A stretch of DNA of 64,000 bases, taken from the NCBI RefSeq assembly GCF_037042905.1, contig NC_087250.1, positions 7,442,001 through 7,506,000 of the forward strand. The letters are read 5' to 3'. This document shows positions 12,180 to 23,968 of this stretch, in pieces; position 1 is the stretch's first letter, and each line of letters opens with the position of its first letter. The notes below the pieces were generated by a model. The model did not search any database. It was not told the DNA's origin and saw nothing but the letters and a program-made list of their open reading frames with translations. The stretch comes from Lytechinus pictus. Its lineage: Eukaryota. The position numbers were made by a program, and so were the translations under genes.

Positions 12180-12512
12180 CATTTTCACACCAAGGTACTG
12201 TGGCAGAGACCGTACCCAGCGACTGATCGGACGCGCTTTCACACCGCCGTCATAATTTGGTCAGGCCAAGAGCGATCAGTCACGTATAGATAACCTAGCC
12301 GGAAGCGGAAGTAGAGATAGCGCATGGGCATGTACGGGGGGTCATTGCATTTCGATCAGTCGCTGAGTAAAATGTGCTTTCACATCAAGCTTGCATCGGC
12401 TAAACTCAGCTACCGATCGTCTTTTTTTAGCAACCGACACCATGGTTTTATCGGTCGCTGGGTAGAGTCTGTGCGGCCGTATCCGGCGACCGTACCTTGG
12501 TGTAAAAACAGC
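12180..12512. mobile_element. MITE
   Basis: TIR TTTTCACACCAAGGTAC / GTACCTTGGTGTAAAAA plus internal inverted CCCAGCGAC / GTCGCTGGG. Confidence 0.6.
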
Positions 12513-13176
12513 ATCAGTCAGTCTTTGTTACAACACTCCCTTATATGGTATGTAATAGCAGGCACGTTTAATGAAGCAGTGGAATGCTCAGTACGCTGAA
12601 ATTTACAGCAAGGAACTTGCAATCCCAGTGGACAATAGGGATTGCTGGCAATGAAAAAGGATAACAGGATTAGGTTTGTTGTTGACATTGTTAATTTCAC
12701 TGGGGTTAATCAAGACTCTTCAAGAACATTTGGAAAATTATATCTCTCTTTCATGAGGGTAAAAAAACAACAACAAAAATATATGCTATCTTGGACATGC
12801 TTTGATTACTGCTCCAGGGGATAAAACCCCCAATTAAGTTCATGGCCTATGGAAAACTTTTTACCACCGCATGTACTTACTTTAGTTGCCAATTTTAAAT
12901 TGACAGAATTTCCATTTCAAAATAACTATTTTTAATCTGCTATACTTAACTGTAGGGTTAGATTTTTGTAACAAATTCCACATTTTTAATTATTCAAATA
13001 TATCTCGTAAATATGTTCTTGAACATTGTTCTTTTCCCCAAAAACGTTAATCCCCCAGTTGTTACATATTTTGGACCCCCCTTTTTTACAACTTCGCCGT
13101 GGTACCTATCTCCATTCAAATCCAACCCGGGCATTTCGAAATGAATTTATGATCTTCATGACATCACCACTAACCC

Positions 13177-13370
13177 GGGTCGTGTGGTCCAGTGGTTATA
13201 GCATTGGACGCATAATCGCAAGGTTGTGAGTTCGAATCCCCACTAAAAGGCCCGAGAGTAATAAACTAGACGTAAACAAAAAAAAAGTTTACTGGTTAAT
13301 TGGTTATAGCTTGGCGCTTACCAACAAAAATTCTGTCCTGCCGAGTGCCTCCGGGAGCATAAGCAGAAAC
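13177..13370 (+). mobile_element. tRNA-derived SINE, family A (degenerate)
   Basis: GGGTCGTGTGGTCCAGTGG...GTTCGAATCC head; body aligns by eye to 5985-6244 with deletions. Confidence 0.8.
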
Positions 13371-13461
13371 GGCAGCAGTTGATAAAGCCTACCCTGAAAC
13401 TAAAACAAATCACGCCATCTACGACAGAGAACGAAACATGAGTAAATACATGTGTCGAATT

Positions 13462-13492
13462 CACTGATCTCTCCACAGTGGAGAGATCAGTG
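13462..13492. mobile_element. 31-bp TIR-only palindromic element with 8-bp TSD
   Basis: CACTGATCTCTCCAC-A-GTGGAGAGATCAGTG flanked by GTCGAATT at 13454-13461 and 13493-13500. Confidence 0.8.
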
Positions 13493-13693
13493 GTCGAATT
13501 ATACAGTGAGGTAAAAAAAAAAAATACTCTCATGAAACATTTGGATTTGACGGCGTACAGCGTTAAACACATGCTTTGCTACAAGCATGAACCGACTCTC
13601 TAGTAGGTCCATGGGTTGACCAAGTATACTTCACTGAACAAAGATATGTACATAAGCACATATCTCTGTCAACTCTTGTGTGTAGTATTCTTA

Positions 13694-14121
13694 TGGCGAC
13701 CGCACACCTTACGACTGGTCTGCGACCCGATTTCAGAATAAAATGTAGTAGACTTTGATGCTAGTATCATGAATATTGAGACTTGGAATATCTAACTGTG
13801 TAATGTTCTAAATCATCATACGAATACCTATCATCAAATTTGTAACTATGCTATCATCCTTCTTAGAATAAAAGCGAATTTAATATCTAGTCGTGATGAC
13901 GTCATAGCAGTCGTACGATTGGCTACTATTTGAAACTAATTTGGTCTTTACTCCAAAATAAGGGCTTGCAATCTTTCAAAATGGTTATAATATTATTATT
14001 TCAATTAATTTTAACCTCAAATAAAATGATATGTTCCTTTCACATCTTCAGAAAATGAGCAAAATGCGATTTGATCCAAAATCGGGTCGCAGCTGACCAG
14101 TCGTAAGGTGTGCGGTCGCCT
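13694..14121. mobile_element. PIF/Harbinger-type MITE
   Basis: ~40-bp TIR GGCGACCGCACACCTTACGACTGGTC...; TTA on both sides; partial relative at ~63186. Confidence 0.8.
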
Positions 14122-15049
14122 TTAGAGGAACGACTATGATTTGAGTTGCGGTATCCATAGTGGAAGCTATCGTGAAAATCGAGTGACACAGACCTATCAG
14201 GTACTCGTAGAAATGTTTCGTTTCGGCAAGACAAAGCGTTGAAAATTATCCTGCGTTGATTTCGATTCTGCATTATTATAACATAAATGATGCATATCGA
14301 AACTTTTAGGTAGATTTTGATGTAGACAAATGTGGCTTATGATTATGATAAGGTCCTGGGGGATAAAATGCTTGGAGTTTTTTTAGACGTAGCGTTACTC
14401 CATGCAGAAAAATAATAAGACACCAATTGTCAGCTAGTAATATTAATCACAGATTTGTGTAGTGGACGACAGCGGTCGTCGCAGATTACTTCGCGATGCG
14501 CATAAGTTCCCAAATCCACTAATAATGCTCATATCGTCGAGTTGTCATAGACGACGTGAGAATCGAAAACTGCTTACTTTCTGGCACAGTGAATGGGACC
14601 GTGTCTGTGGCTGGCGCGTTCACACCGATGTAGGCGATTAGATTTTTTTCAATTACTTCGTTTCTATACACACATCATCTCAGACATGGAGTTTTGTATG
14701 AAGGCTACAAATGATTCCGATATCTCCCGTTATTAATGGGAAACGTAGAAGTTGAACAACAAGCTCAGAGCGCCAGAATGCAGAATTGACGACAAGACAA
14801 TAGAGTTTGATGTTGATGAGTTAAGAACGTATGAACTCCGAGTTCCAACTGAGAGTGTGAACGGAAAGGTGGTTGGCTGCCTTGCCTTTCACCCAATCAC
14901 CATGCCTAAAAAACGAAAGCCAGTTCTTAATGTCATAATCTACGACAACGTACAAGGACGCAAAAAGTTAGGGTACGATAAAGAAGTTACAGAGAGAAAG
15001 AGAGACAAAGATATATGCACACATTTGCAAAGAAATATACGATCTGGAG

Positions 15050-15900
15050 GGGCTAGTCTGTAGAATATATGTTTTCTATTTCTGTTTAATATTTGCTTTG
15101 TAAAAATTCCACAATACTGGAGATGATGTAAGTGATGTTGAAATGCGATGGATGGATCAATTGTAGTGAGCTGTTGTCTGTGAAGACGGTGTTGCGTGAT
15201 AATCTGTTGATTACGTAATCCATGCATCTCTATAACGTGTTGCTGATCTTGGTGAGAACTGAAAACTCTTCTTTAGAAATTGCAAACAGTAATTCGTTAA
15301 TGAAATGAGATAAATTCCACATAATATAAACCTGAATTCCACAACTCTGCACGGAGATAATTTTTGGACACTGAAATTCTAAATTCTTAGGTTCCTTGAG
15401 TGTCCGTCATATTTATGAGGTAGTGAAAAACTGTGACCATGCAGCAACCCGACAACCAATAAAATGTCGCCAGGGACGGTTTTCTGTAAGAACCTCAAAG
15501 AATAAAATGGCCTTCAAAAAGTGAACAATTTACAAATTATATTATTTGCTAGAGAAACTCTTATTCTCCATCCAGCAAAAATCTGAAGGTTGTTTATAAT
15601 AGAGTTGAACCTTCCTTCTTCTATCTGGAATGGTCGGAAGTTTTCTTAGCGACTGCAAGGTGTGTACGTTTTATGCTTGAGTAAACCTCGATTTTTAATC
15701 CTTTTCTTTTCATTATTTTCTTAAAGACTTGCGTGGGTTATTGTCGATCCATTTTGACAAGCTACGTATCCTTTTAAGGTTCGAATGTGCTTTATCAAGC
15801 TCATTACAATTGTTTAAAAAAGTTCCTTTGTGGGAACTTTTGTGTTGGTTTTTTAGGTGCTAGAAGTCTGGGAACTAATCTCGACTCTCTTTACCAACAG
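15050..15900 (-). mobile_element. Highly decayed LINE 3' remnant
   Basis: Minus-strand fragments such as ...RAELWNS... resemble CR1/L2-group ORF2 C-termini; no long ORF. Confidence 0.35.
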
Positions 15901-17947
15901 GGATTGTGCGAGGAAATGGAGATGATGGGTCGAGTCACCAGAGACGTTGAGCGGTTGTTCGTAGTTGATTCTGCTATTCAGAATGGTCTCGACGTTTCGT
16001 GCTCATTGGATGAAACAGAAGAGATCGTGACAGAGGTATTTTAACAAAGCAATATAATAATACAAATAACGGTATATTTACTCAGGGTAGCCACTTCAGT
16101 TCCGAAAACTATTTTCCCAGCGGGCCCTGTTATTATTATCACCCGGCTGAGCTAGGCTACATATTCAGTTGCACACAGCTTTTTGAGGAATTACTTCCTA
16201 TCGGTGTCATAGGCGATTTGGACCGGGCAGCCGATCGGGGCCGGAGGTACTAATCGGCGGCTCTTTTACCCGCCGATTAGTTCCGAGTTTTGTTGTGTGG
16301 TGCGATCGTCATAGTCGATTTGTTCCGACCAGGTGATTTGTTCCAATACGCTGTTCATGCACCATTATCACCCCTACAGCAAGAATGTGATATTCCAGTC
16401 GTCCTTTTCAACCAATTGGCTCCTCCAAGTCAACCACACCCACAGAACAGATATGGTTGCCGATTTGAGAATCTCAAGTTATTTAGGGAGTTGTATGCAT
16501 TTTTTAGCACTCTTCCAATTAATTAAACATCCGGGGACGGCTGCTGTGTGGAGCCATGAAGCCCTATTCAGACTGCGTGCTCCCTTTGTGCGCCTGTGCT
16601 ATTCGGGGTGTGAACTTCGATATATCCACCAATATGACTGGTTTGTCTTGGTCTTCATAACCAAGCAAGAAATAGGATGGGATTAGCGACTAGGGTGATG
16701 GGGGGGGGTTAAACACTGCTGCATGCTCTTCGAACCCCCAAAGTAATCAAGTAGAAATCAAAATGAATGTATCAGTACAGGAAAACTAAGTCCAACAATA
16801 AGGCCGCCAAAAACACAGGGAACTCTCAGTGACACCTCATTGAGACACACACTATTCGCATATTTATTTATTTGGGGGGGGGGGGGGGTTGGGGCACGGG
16901 ACCCGGGTAGTCGAAAAAGGAGGAAATATATGAAATATGAAAATAAAAGGGAGAGAAAAAAACGTAGGAAAAAGAGATCGCAAAAAATGGGGGAAAGTAT
17001 ATGAGAAAAGGAAAAGGGAATAAAGGGGGGGAGGAAAATGAAGGGGGAAGAGGGGGAGATGAAATAATAATAATAATAATAATAAAAGAGCGTGCATGGG
17101 CGCGCCCGAAATTTGAAGTTTGACCGGGAGCGCATTCATGTGTCACATGGGGGAGGGGGGGTGGGCAAATTCAACTTAAACTTAGGGGGTATCAACTTGA
17201 CCCGTTATGAGGGGGCACCAAACTGACCTTAAGCTCGAGGGAGCGGGTGCTTTGGCGCGGATACGGAGGGGGCACACAAGGCTCATGCCTCCCCCCCCCC
17301 CCCACCTTTGAGAGCCACAAAAAAGTGGTCGAAAGTACCGTATATGTGCAAGTGTTAACCCTTTTTTTTATTTTTGATTGTCAATTTTTTCTGGACAAAA
17401 GTGCCCCCCTGGAAATTCCTGGATCCGCACCTGGCTGGCATTTAATAACACACATGTAGGCCCTATTAGAAGTGAATGAATGACTCAAAATTGGTCGTAT
17501 AGCTTCTTATTGGCGGCGGAAGCCAAAAAATTTATGGGGGGTCTACCTGGAATTTATGGTTGGACACAGGGAAAAAAATTGACAAGCAAAAAAAAAAGGT
17601 TAACAAGCAAAATTTTAGGGGGGACCATAACGACTTTAAACAATTTTAAGGCGGTCCACTTGAATTTAGGGGGGACGCAGGAAACAAAATTGACAAGCAA
17701 AAAAAAACACCTCAAATTTAGGGGGGACAGGACCCTCGCCCCCCCCCCCCCTTGTCCAGGCAGTCCAGCGCTGCACGTGCGCAAAAAAGGTACCGGTACA
17801 TCGCATTGTGTACCAAGGGTACCGTCCGTAACGTACGAGGCTGAAATACCTCTATCTAGATCTACCTACACCAAAAATTTTAATTTTAGACCGAATTATT
17901 GAAATAATAGTGATGAAATAACATTAAATATCACACCAAAATATATA

Positions 17948-18693
17948 TATAACACTCTGCATTTCATATTTTTGTAAAACTGATAATACTTTTAAACATG
18001 CTTGGATGTTTGTGTAAACTCACAAACTCCAGATAGTAAATCGGTCGAAAGTAAGCTCAATGCTCTTTTGTCCATTGACACAACTCCTTTTGTTTAGAGC
18101 AAATGACCACACACCCATCACCTGTTTGCACAGATTGATGTGGTAGCCTTATCCCTGCATTGTGGTTACTGTTCCTCCTAAAAGGCGATAACGAGGTATC
18201 GTTTATCCTCCATCCAACCTCCTTCCCAGATAATAGCTCCATGACTTCAGGTGCAAATAAACTTTCATTTTTGTTATGCTCCACCCTTCTTTCCTGATTA
18301 GTCGATACATTGTTTAACTCCTCCCCCCTAATGGTGCAAAACTAGGAGTTGTACCCCCAAAATAGGTAAGAAATGACTTCTCTTCTCCGTCTCTTGACGA
18401 GAGGACATCGTGTGCTTGGTCTCCCTCGCCATCCCTTTTTAGGGGCTACCATATGGCCTTTGTTGGGGAGTACCGGATATTATAACAGCCGTCTTATAAC
18501 AAGCTATATTTTGTACAACTGTATATATATATATTTTATATCTTCGTCTTTGATCAATGTTCATCTTTAGAATAAAGCTACTGATGAACTGTATCATTGT
18601 GTGACAGAGTATTGATTTGTCTCATCATATCTTGTAACACTGAACAATAACCCCGCTACCACACTTCATCTATATAATATTTCAAGTGTTACA
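17948..18693 (+). repeat. 5' LTR (746 bp)
   Basis: TATAACAC...GTGTTACA; matches 26487-27232 with one substitution noticed (18569 A vs 27108 G); AATAAA at 18571. Confidence 0.95.
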
Positions 18694-18695
18694 TT

Positions 18696-18708
18696 TGGTG
18701 GCAGCGGT
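18696..18708 (+). promoter_or_regulatory. Primer-binding site complementary to the tRNA-Leu (AAG/UAG-type) 3' end
   Basis: TGGTGGCAGCGGT, 2 nt after the LTR, is the reverse complement of ...ACCGCTGCCA-CCA. Confidence 0.8.
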
Positions 18709-19916
18709 AAACTGGGAGCCATCTTGTACCGCTTCGGACAGTATTTTGATCTGCGACTGTTTATCACCTTGTGGAATTGAACTTATACTTGGAGCTTCGC
18801 TTCATTATATTTCTTTCTTTTTGCTGTGGGTCTACAGTAACTGTGTTACTACGTGATTGAAATTATATTGCTTCGACTGCTGTTGATTTGGACGCTTTGC
18901 TGTGTATTACTTTTATTATCGCCTCTACCAATGACTACGTATATTCCTTGGTTGGTGTGAGATTTCTTGGGACACAACATCTATCATCTCTTTGCTCTAT
19001 ACTACCATATTCCTTAATTCTTCTCGTCTTGAGCTGTTAACCTCCTTTACGATTCTACCCCCGGATTCCATCACCGCTCAAGTGCTGGACTGAATACCCT
19101 TACAATCTCCACTGGGTCTCCATCATCTTCATCGTTTTCATCATCATTGTTTTCTTCATTATCATCGCCGTCGTCAACAGTTTCAACTTCGCTGTCATCT
19201 TCTTTGCCACCGGCCTCAACATTTCTGCCATCGATGTCGTCATTGCCATTGTCGTCGTCTTCATCGTCATCATCGTCATCGTAATTTCATCAGAGCTTAC
19301 CAATCCAATTGAATTCTTCATCACCGGGTTGCTGCAGTTCCAGAGTGATAAGTTCATACCTCCTTTATACTTCTCATTCTAGACTTTAATTATTACTTTC
19401 CCCTTGTTCCTGCTATCTGCCGGACTGAACTTTAATTCCAGTTGGGGACTACCTCAAAGTCTTCATGATTATACTGGCCGATTAATCTTAGCAATATACA
19501 GAACACGTGGACTGGAGTTCATTTGTAGTATTTATATGTCTTCGTTTTCCACACCTTTTTGGTCAATCATCCTCTATTCGTTTTTGATGATTTTGCATAT
19601 AATTATATTCATTCGTTTATTCATCTTCCTGTGTGGATATATATTTTTTGTTTCATGATGCTCGTAATTTTGATTAACCTTTCGCATTGATGCATATTTA
19701 GTTATTAATTTTAGTTCCTATTTCTTTACTTAAGTTCCATTTACTTTTTATTGTGACAATTTTTACAAGTTTATTATTTTGGTATAATAGTCTTTATAAT
19801 AGTTCTTTTTGTTGTTTTGTTAGCCTTACCTGTGCTTTGGCTGAATCCGCATTGTGTTGCATTGTTGCTGTTGCTCTTTTCTTTTCTGTTTTCTTATTTT
19901 CATCTTTGCTGTTATC

Positions 19917-21092
19917 ATGCCTGATTCTGATGTAGGATCGTCTTCCTCTCCATCATTTGGAGCCGTTCTACCCATACAATTTCCCCCAAGTTTTACGGGT
20001 GATGGGACGTCCGACTTTGGGCAGTGGTGCCAACGATTTGAAACAGCCGTTGATGCCTGCCCTAATGCTAGAGCCGTTGACCTGGCGAAAACCCTAGGTT
20101 CTCGCCTTAATGGGGCGGCTTTTACCGTTTGGTATGCCCTGCCCCCTGATGTCCAAGGCGATTATAAGAGGGCAAAAGAACATTTAAGCAAAATCTTTAC
20201 TAAGCGGGATGAAATAATGTCGTTCCAGCGCATGGTTAATGCTCGCCCCCGCCTGCCTGGTGAAAAATTGCATGTGTATAAATCTGAACTAGACCGTTTA
20301 ACCCACCTTTCCTTCCCGCTGCTAGATAATAGGGCGTGTAAAGATGAAGTATTTCGCCGGTTTGTTGCCGGTCTAGAACCGGACTTGCGTGCAAAGGTTC
20401 TGGAGCATGGTGCCGCTGACATCGATCAGGCGATGGACATTGCGCACCGGGTTGAACTTGCTGCCGAGGCTCATCGTCACCTTTCACCATTCTCGGGTCC
20501 GGCACGAGTCAACACTCCGCAGGTGGCTGTTGCCTCTACTGCTCCACATGCTAATCCGCTTGATGAAGTTTTAGAACGGCTCGACACTATGCAACTGTCA
20601 ATTAAAAGAATACAGTCACAGTGTGACTCTTTGCGCGAAGCGCGTTCTCGATCCCGTGGTTCGGATTCTCCCTATCGTGAACGATACCGCTCGCCCACCC
20701 CACATAGGGATAATTACTTTACATATGCAGACTCTCGGCATAATCGACAGGTCTACACTCGCTCTCCTACGCCAGAAAGACGTCGCTACTCCGAGCGGCC
20801 CCATCGCGGGCGTAGCCCGAGTCCCTATGACCGTAACCGTGACAGGCAATTTTGGACTCGCGATGCTGATTACCACCCTCGCAATTCTGACCGCCACCCT
20901 CGCAATTCTGACCGCCAACCTCATGATCCTGATTATCGTCGCTTTGACACTAATTATCGTAGTGCTTCCCCAGGTCCACCCTTAAGGCGCGAAGATCGAT
21001 CTAGGCCCCGATCTCCCAGCCCTTTCCCACATGCTGCGCGCCGTAATTCCCCTGGTCCCCATGTTTCATTTAGCCAGGGAAACCAACATTAG
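19917..21092 (+). CDS. gag: Gag polyprotein (capsid-like domain plus Arg/Ser/Pro-rich C-terminus, no CCHC knuckle)
   Basis: ATG at 19917 within ORF 19854-21092; PPSFTGDG..FGQWCQRFE, L.G.A..WY and RFVAGL motifs; lies upstream of pol. Confidence 0.9.
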   Translation: MPDSDVGSSSSPSFGAVLPIQFPPSFTGDGTSDFGQWCQRFETAVDACPNARAVDLAKTLGSRLNGAAFTVWYALPPDVQGDYKRAKEHLSKIFTKRDEIMSFQRMVNARPRLPGEKLHVYKSELDRLTHLSFPLLDNRACKDEVFRRFVAGLEPDLRAKVLEHGAADIDQAMDIAHRVELAAEAHRHLSPFSGPARVNTPQVAVASTAPHANPLDEVLERLDTMQLSIKRIQSQCDSLREARSRSRGSDSPYRERYRSPTPHRDNYFTYADSRHNRQVYTRSPTPERRRYSERPHRGRSPSPYDRNRDRQFWTRDADYHPRNSDRHPRNSDRQPHDPDYRRFDTNYRSASPGPPLRREDRSRPRSPSPFPHAARRNSPGPHVSFSQGNQH

Positions 21093-21141
21093 CTGACAGT
21101 GGGGGTCGTCTGTCAGCATCTGTCCATGAGGCCCGTCCCCC
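21077..21141 (+). promoter_or_regulatory. -1 programmed ribosomal frameshift signal (slippery G_GGA_AAC + stem-loop/pseudoknot)
   Basis: Heptamer 21077-21083 in gag phase; 8-nt spacer; perfect stem GCTGACAG(21092-21099)/CTGTCAGC(21110-21117); the -1 frame is open into the protease motif LLDTGAS. Confidence 0.85.
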
Positions 21142-23968
21142 TTCTCTCTCTTCTCCTGCCTTTTCATCTTATATTCTCATATCTATTGGCTCATATGAAA
21201 TTCCTGCTCTTCTGGATACTGGGGCCTCCATGTCCCTAATCAGCCAGCGATTTCGATCTTCCCTTTCTTCTCTATCGACTCGCCCATATGTTTCACTCCA
21301 TGTCCCAGTCAAAACTGTGTCTCTTGGAATGGTGGATACGTTAGGTGCTATCTTGGTTGACTTTTCCTCACATTCTAATTTCTTTTCATATCATTTTCAG
21401 GTTGCACATGATATTCATCCCCCTATCATCATAGGTTGGGATTTCTTGTATGCACATCAGGCAATTTTTAATGTGCTACAGGGTACTATTTCTTTGTCGT
21501 CTATCACTCTTCCCCTCATGGATCCAGATCTCACTGTCCCTCTTATACTTTCGGTGGTTGTCGACACCGAGCTCGACATCCCTCCCTGGAGTGAATTGGT
21601 TCTCTCTGTACCCTTAGGTAAGGATTCCTATCGATCATTCCCTCCTCATCTTGAGGGAATGCTTGAGCCTGGTAGTGATTTACCTGTGATTGTTGCATGT
21701 ACCCTGTCCTCCGTGGTTAATGGCACTATTCCAGTTCGTGTGGCGAATCCGACGTCATCCTCATTCACCCTCTACCCAGGCATGCCAATTGGCACTTTTC
21801 ATACCATGCTTGGGCGCTCGGCTGAACAATATTGTGCTTTTACTGCCCCTCCTGAACCCCATCCCTCACTTTCTCCTGATCTCCCTTCTTTCGATCTTTC
21901 TTCGACGTCGTTGTCGCCCTCTGAGTGTGCTCGTGCTCAGACTCTTCTCAATCATTATGCTGATATTTTCAGCAAGACAGCTGATGATTACGGGCGTACT
22001 GATCTTGTACAGCATGTGATCCCCACTGGTGATTCCCCTCCTGTGCGTCAGAGAGCTTATCGAGCCTCTCCTACGATCCGTCAGGAGATCAAGGAGCAGT
22101 GTGATCGGCTCCTCGAAGCTGGTGTGATCGAGCCAAGCTCTAGCCCATGGAGCTCACCGGTAGTTATGGTCAAGAAAAAATCTGGTTCTTATAGATTTTG
22201 CATTGACTACAGGAAGCTTAACAAGATTACTTGCCCCGATTCACACCCCTTGCCTCGTATCGATGATACCCTGGATGCACTCGCAGGCAATGTCTATTTC
22301 AGCACAATGGACTTGTCTAGTGGGTATTGGCAGGTTGCCATGGATCCGGCTGATAAGGAGAAAACAGCATTCACAACTGGAACCGATTTTTTCCAGTTCA
22401 CCGTCATGCCTATGGGTCTCCGCAATGCACCCTCGACCTTCCAACGCCTAATGCAACTTGTGTTACGCGGACTGCATTGGGAATCTGTGCTCGTCTACTT
22501 AGACGATGTGATCGTGTTTGGTCGCTCATTTGAGGAGAAGCTTGATCGGTTGCGCGCTGTTTTTGACCGGTTGAGAGCAGCTGGGCTCAAATTGCGCCCG
22601 GATAAGTGTAACTTTTTCAAAGAGAAAGTTACATTTCTAGGTCATGTGATCTCTCCCACAGGAGTTCTCCTTGATCCGGCGAACATTTACAAAGTTCGTT
22701 CATGGCCGACTCCTAAGAATGTTACTGAATTGCGAGCATTTCTTGGCCTGTGTTCTTATTATCGTCGCTTTGTCAAGAGTTTCGCCCACATTGCACAACC
22801 ACTGTACAATTTGATTCAGAAGGGGGCACATTTCTCATGGTCTGATGATTGTGAGCATGCATTCCATACTCTGCGTCATACTCTGATCTCACCCCCTCTT
22901 ATGTCTTTCCCTGACTTTTCCCAACCATTCACCCTCCACACAGATGCATCAAATTTTGCTGTTGGTGCAGTCCTCACCCAACAACATGGCAACGAGGAGC
23001 ATGTCATTGCATATGCCAGTAAGACGCTAACTCCGTCAGAGAGACGTTGGTCTACTTATGACCGTGAGTTGTGGGCGATTGTGTGGTCTGTTCGTCATTT
23101 CCGTCACTACTTATTGACGTCGAAATTCACCATCATAACTGATCATAAGCCCTTGGTTGGTCTAACAAAACTGTCAGTTGGACATGATGCTGGTGTCGCC
23201 ACCTCCCGCCGCAGTAGATGGGCTCTCGAACTCGACACATTTGATTGGGTAATTGTTCATCGAGAGGGGGCCAAACATGCTAATGCTGATGCTTTGTCTC
23301 GTATACCATCTCCATCTGAGCACCACTATGTGGCTGCTATATCTCCTGCTTCAATACCCCCTCCTCCCCCTCATCCGCCAGCACCACCACCTCCTCCGCC
23401 TCCCCCTCTACCCTCTACGCCCCTCCATACACCGGCATCCCCTCAGTTCACTCACCGGGACCAGCCCTCAATACCTCCTCTCTTCACATCTTCTGTATCC
23501 AACCTATCCTCATTTGGGCCTCATCATTCATCCCAGCATTCTCCCTCCCCTCTTTCTTCCCCTATTACCATGTCCCCACCATCTTCCAGTGATGAAGATG
23601 CATTTTATGCATCACTACTTGATAATGGTCATCGATTGCATCAAGCTCAACATGCTGACCCTACTCTTCGCCTAGTCAAATCTTGGACTCGTTCTGGATT
23701 ATTTCCTCCCAGGTCATTGATCCCGGGCTGTGAAACATCCCTTCGTAAGTTTCACAGTGAACGTGATCGTTTGGAAGTCTGTGATGGTCTTCTTTGCCGT
23801 CGTAAACGCCTCCCTTCTGGATCTCTCGTCAAACAAGTTGTCATTCCCCACTCACTCATTCCTGATGTTCTATCTATTCTACATGGCTCCCCTCTCTCGG
23901 GTCATTTTGGTACCGACAAAATGGTGCTCAAAGCTGTTTCTTTGTTTCTGGCCTGGAATGCGTGGTGA
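21077..23968 (+). CDS. pol: Pol: aspartic protease, reverse transcriptase, RNase H and N-terminal half of the integrase Zn finger
   Basis: LLDTGAS just upstream of ATG 21230; FCIDYRKLN, MPMGLRNAP, YLDDVIVF; LHTDAS...ELWAIVW...TDHKPL; LHGSPLSGH. Confidence 0.95.
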   Translation, partial: GKPTLADSGGRLSASVHEARPPSLSSPAFSSYILISIGSYEIPALLDTGASMSLISQRFRSSLSSLSTRPYVSLHVPVKTVSLGMVDTLGAILVDFSSHSNFFSYHFQVAHDIHPPIIIGWDFLYAHQAIFNVLQGTISLSSITLPLMDPDLTVPLILSVVVDTELDIPPWSELVLSVPLGKDSYRSFPPHLEGMLEPGSDLPVIVACTLSSVVNGTIPVRVANPTSSSFTLYPGMPIGTFHTMLGRSAEQYCAFTAPPEPHPSLSPDLPSFDLSSTSLSPSECARAQTLLNHYADIFSKTADDYGRTDLVQHVIPTGDSPPVRQRAYRASPTIRQEIKEQCDRLLEAGVIEPSSSPWSSPVVMVKKKSGSYRFCIDYRKLNKITCPDSHPLPRIDDTLDALAGNVYFSTMDLSSGYWQVAMDPADKEKTAFTTGTDFFQFTVMPMGLRNAPSTFQRLMQLVLRGLHWESVLVYLDDVIVFGRSFEEKLDRLRAVFDRLRAAGLKLRPDKCNFFKEKVTFLGHVISPTGVLLDPANIYKVRSWPTPKNVTELRAFLGLCSYYRRFVKSFAHIAQPLYNLIQKGAHFSWSDDCEHAFHTLRHTLISPPLMSFPDFSQPFTLHTDASNFAVGAVLTQQHGNEEHVIAYASKTLTPSERRWSTYDRELWAIVWSVRHFRHYLLTSKFTIITDHKPLVGLTKLSVGHDAGVATSRRSRWALELDTFDWVIVHREGAKHANADALSRIPSPSEHHYVAAISPASIPPPPPHPPAPPPPPPPPLPSTPLHTPASPQFTHRDQPSIPPLFTSSVSNLSSFGPHHSSQHSPSPLSSPITMSPPSSSDEDAFYASLLDNGHRLHQAQHADPTLRLVKSWTRSGLFPPRSLIPGCETSLRKFHSERDRLEVCDGLLCRRKRLPSGSLVKQVVIPHSLIPDVLSILHGSPLSGHFGTDKMVLKAVSLFLAWNAW

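Noticed and set aside
14752..15063. 103-aa ORF with protein-like composition
   Set aside because: No recognisable domain, in-frame stops just upstream and no convincing splice sites; cannot be supported without a homology search.
18057..18570. Duplicated ORFs (75 aa and 65/80 aa, repeated at 26596-27154)
   Set aside because: They lie inside the LTRs; identity reflects LTR duplication, not coding constraint.
19100..19357. Antisense Met/Thr-rich ORF in the Gypsy leader
   Set aside because: Product of a (TCA/TCG)n low-complexity tract.
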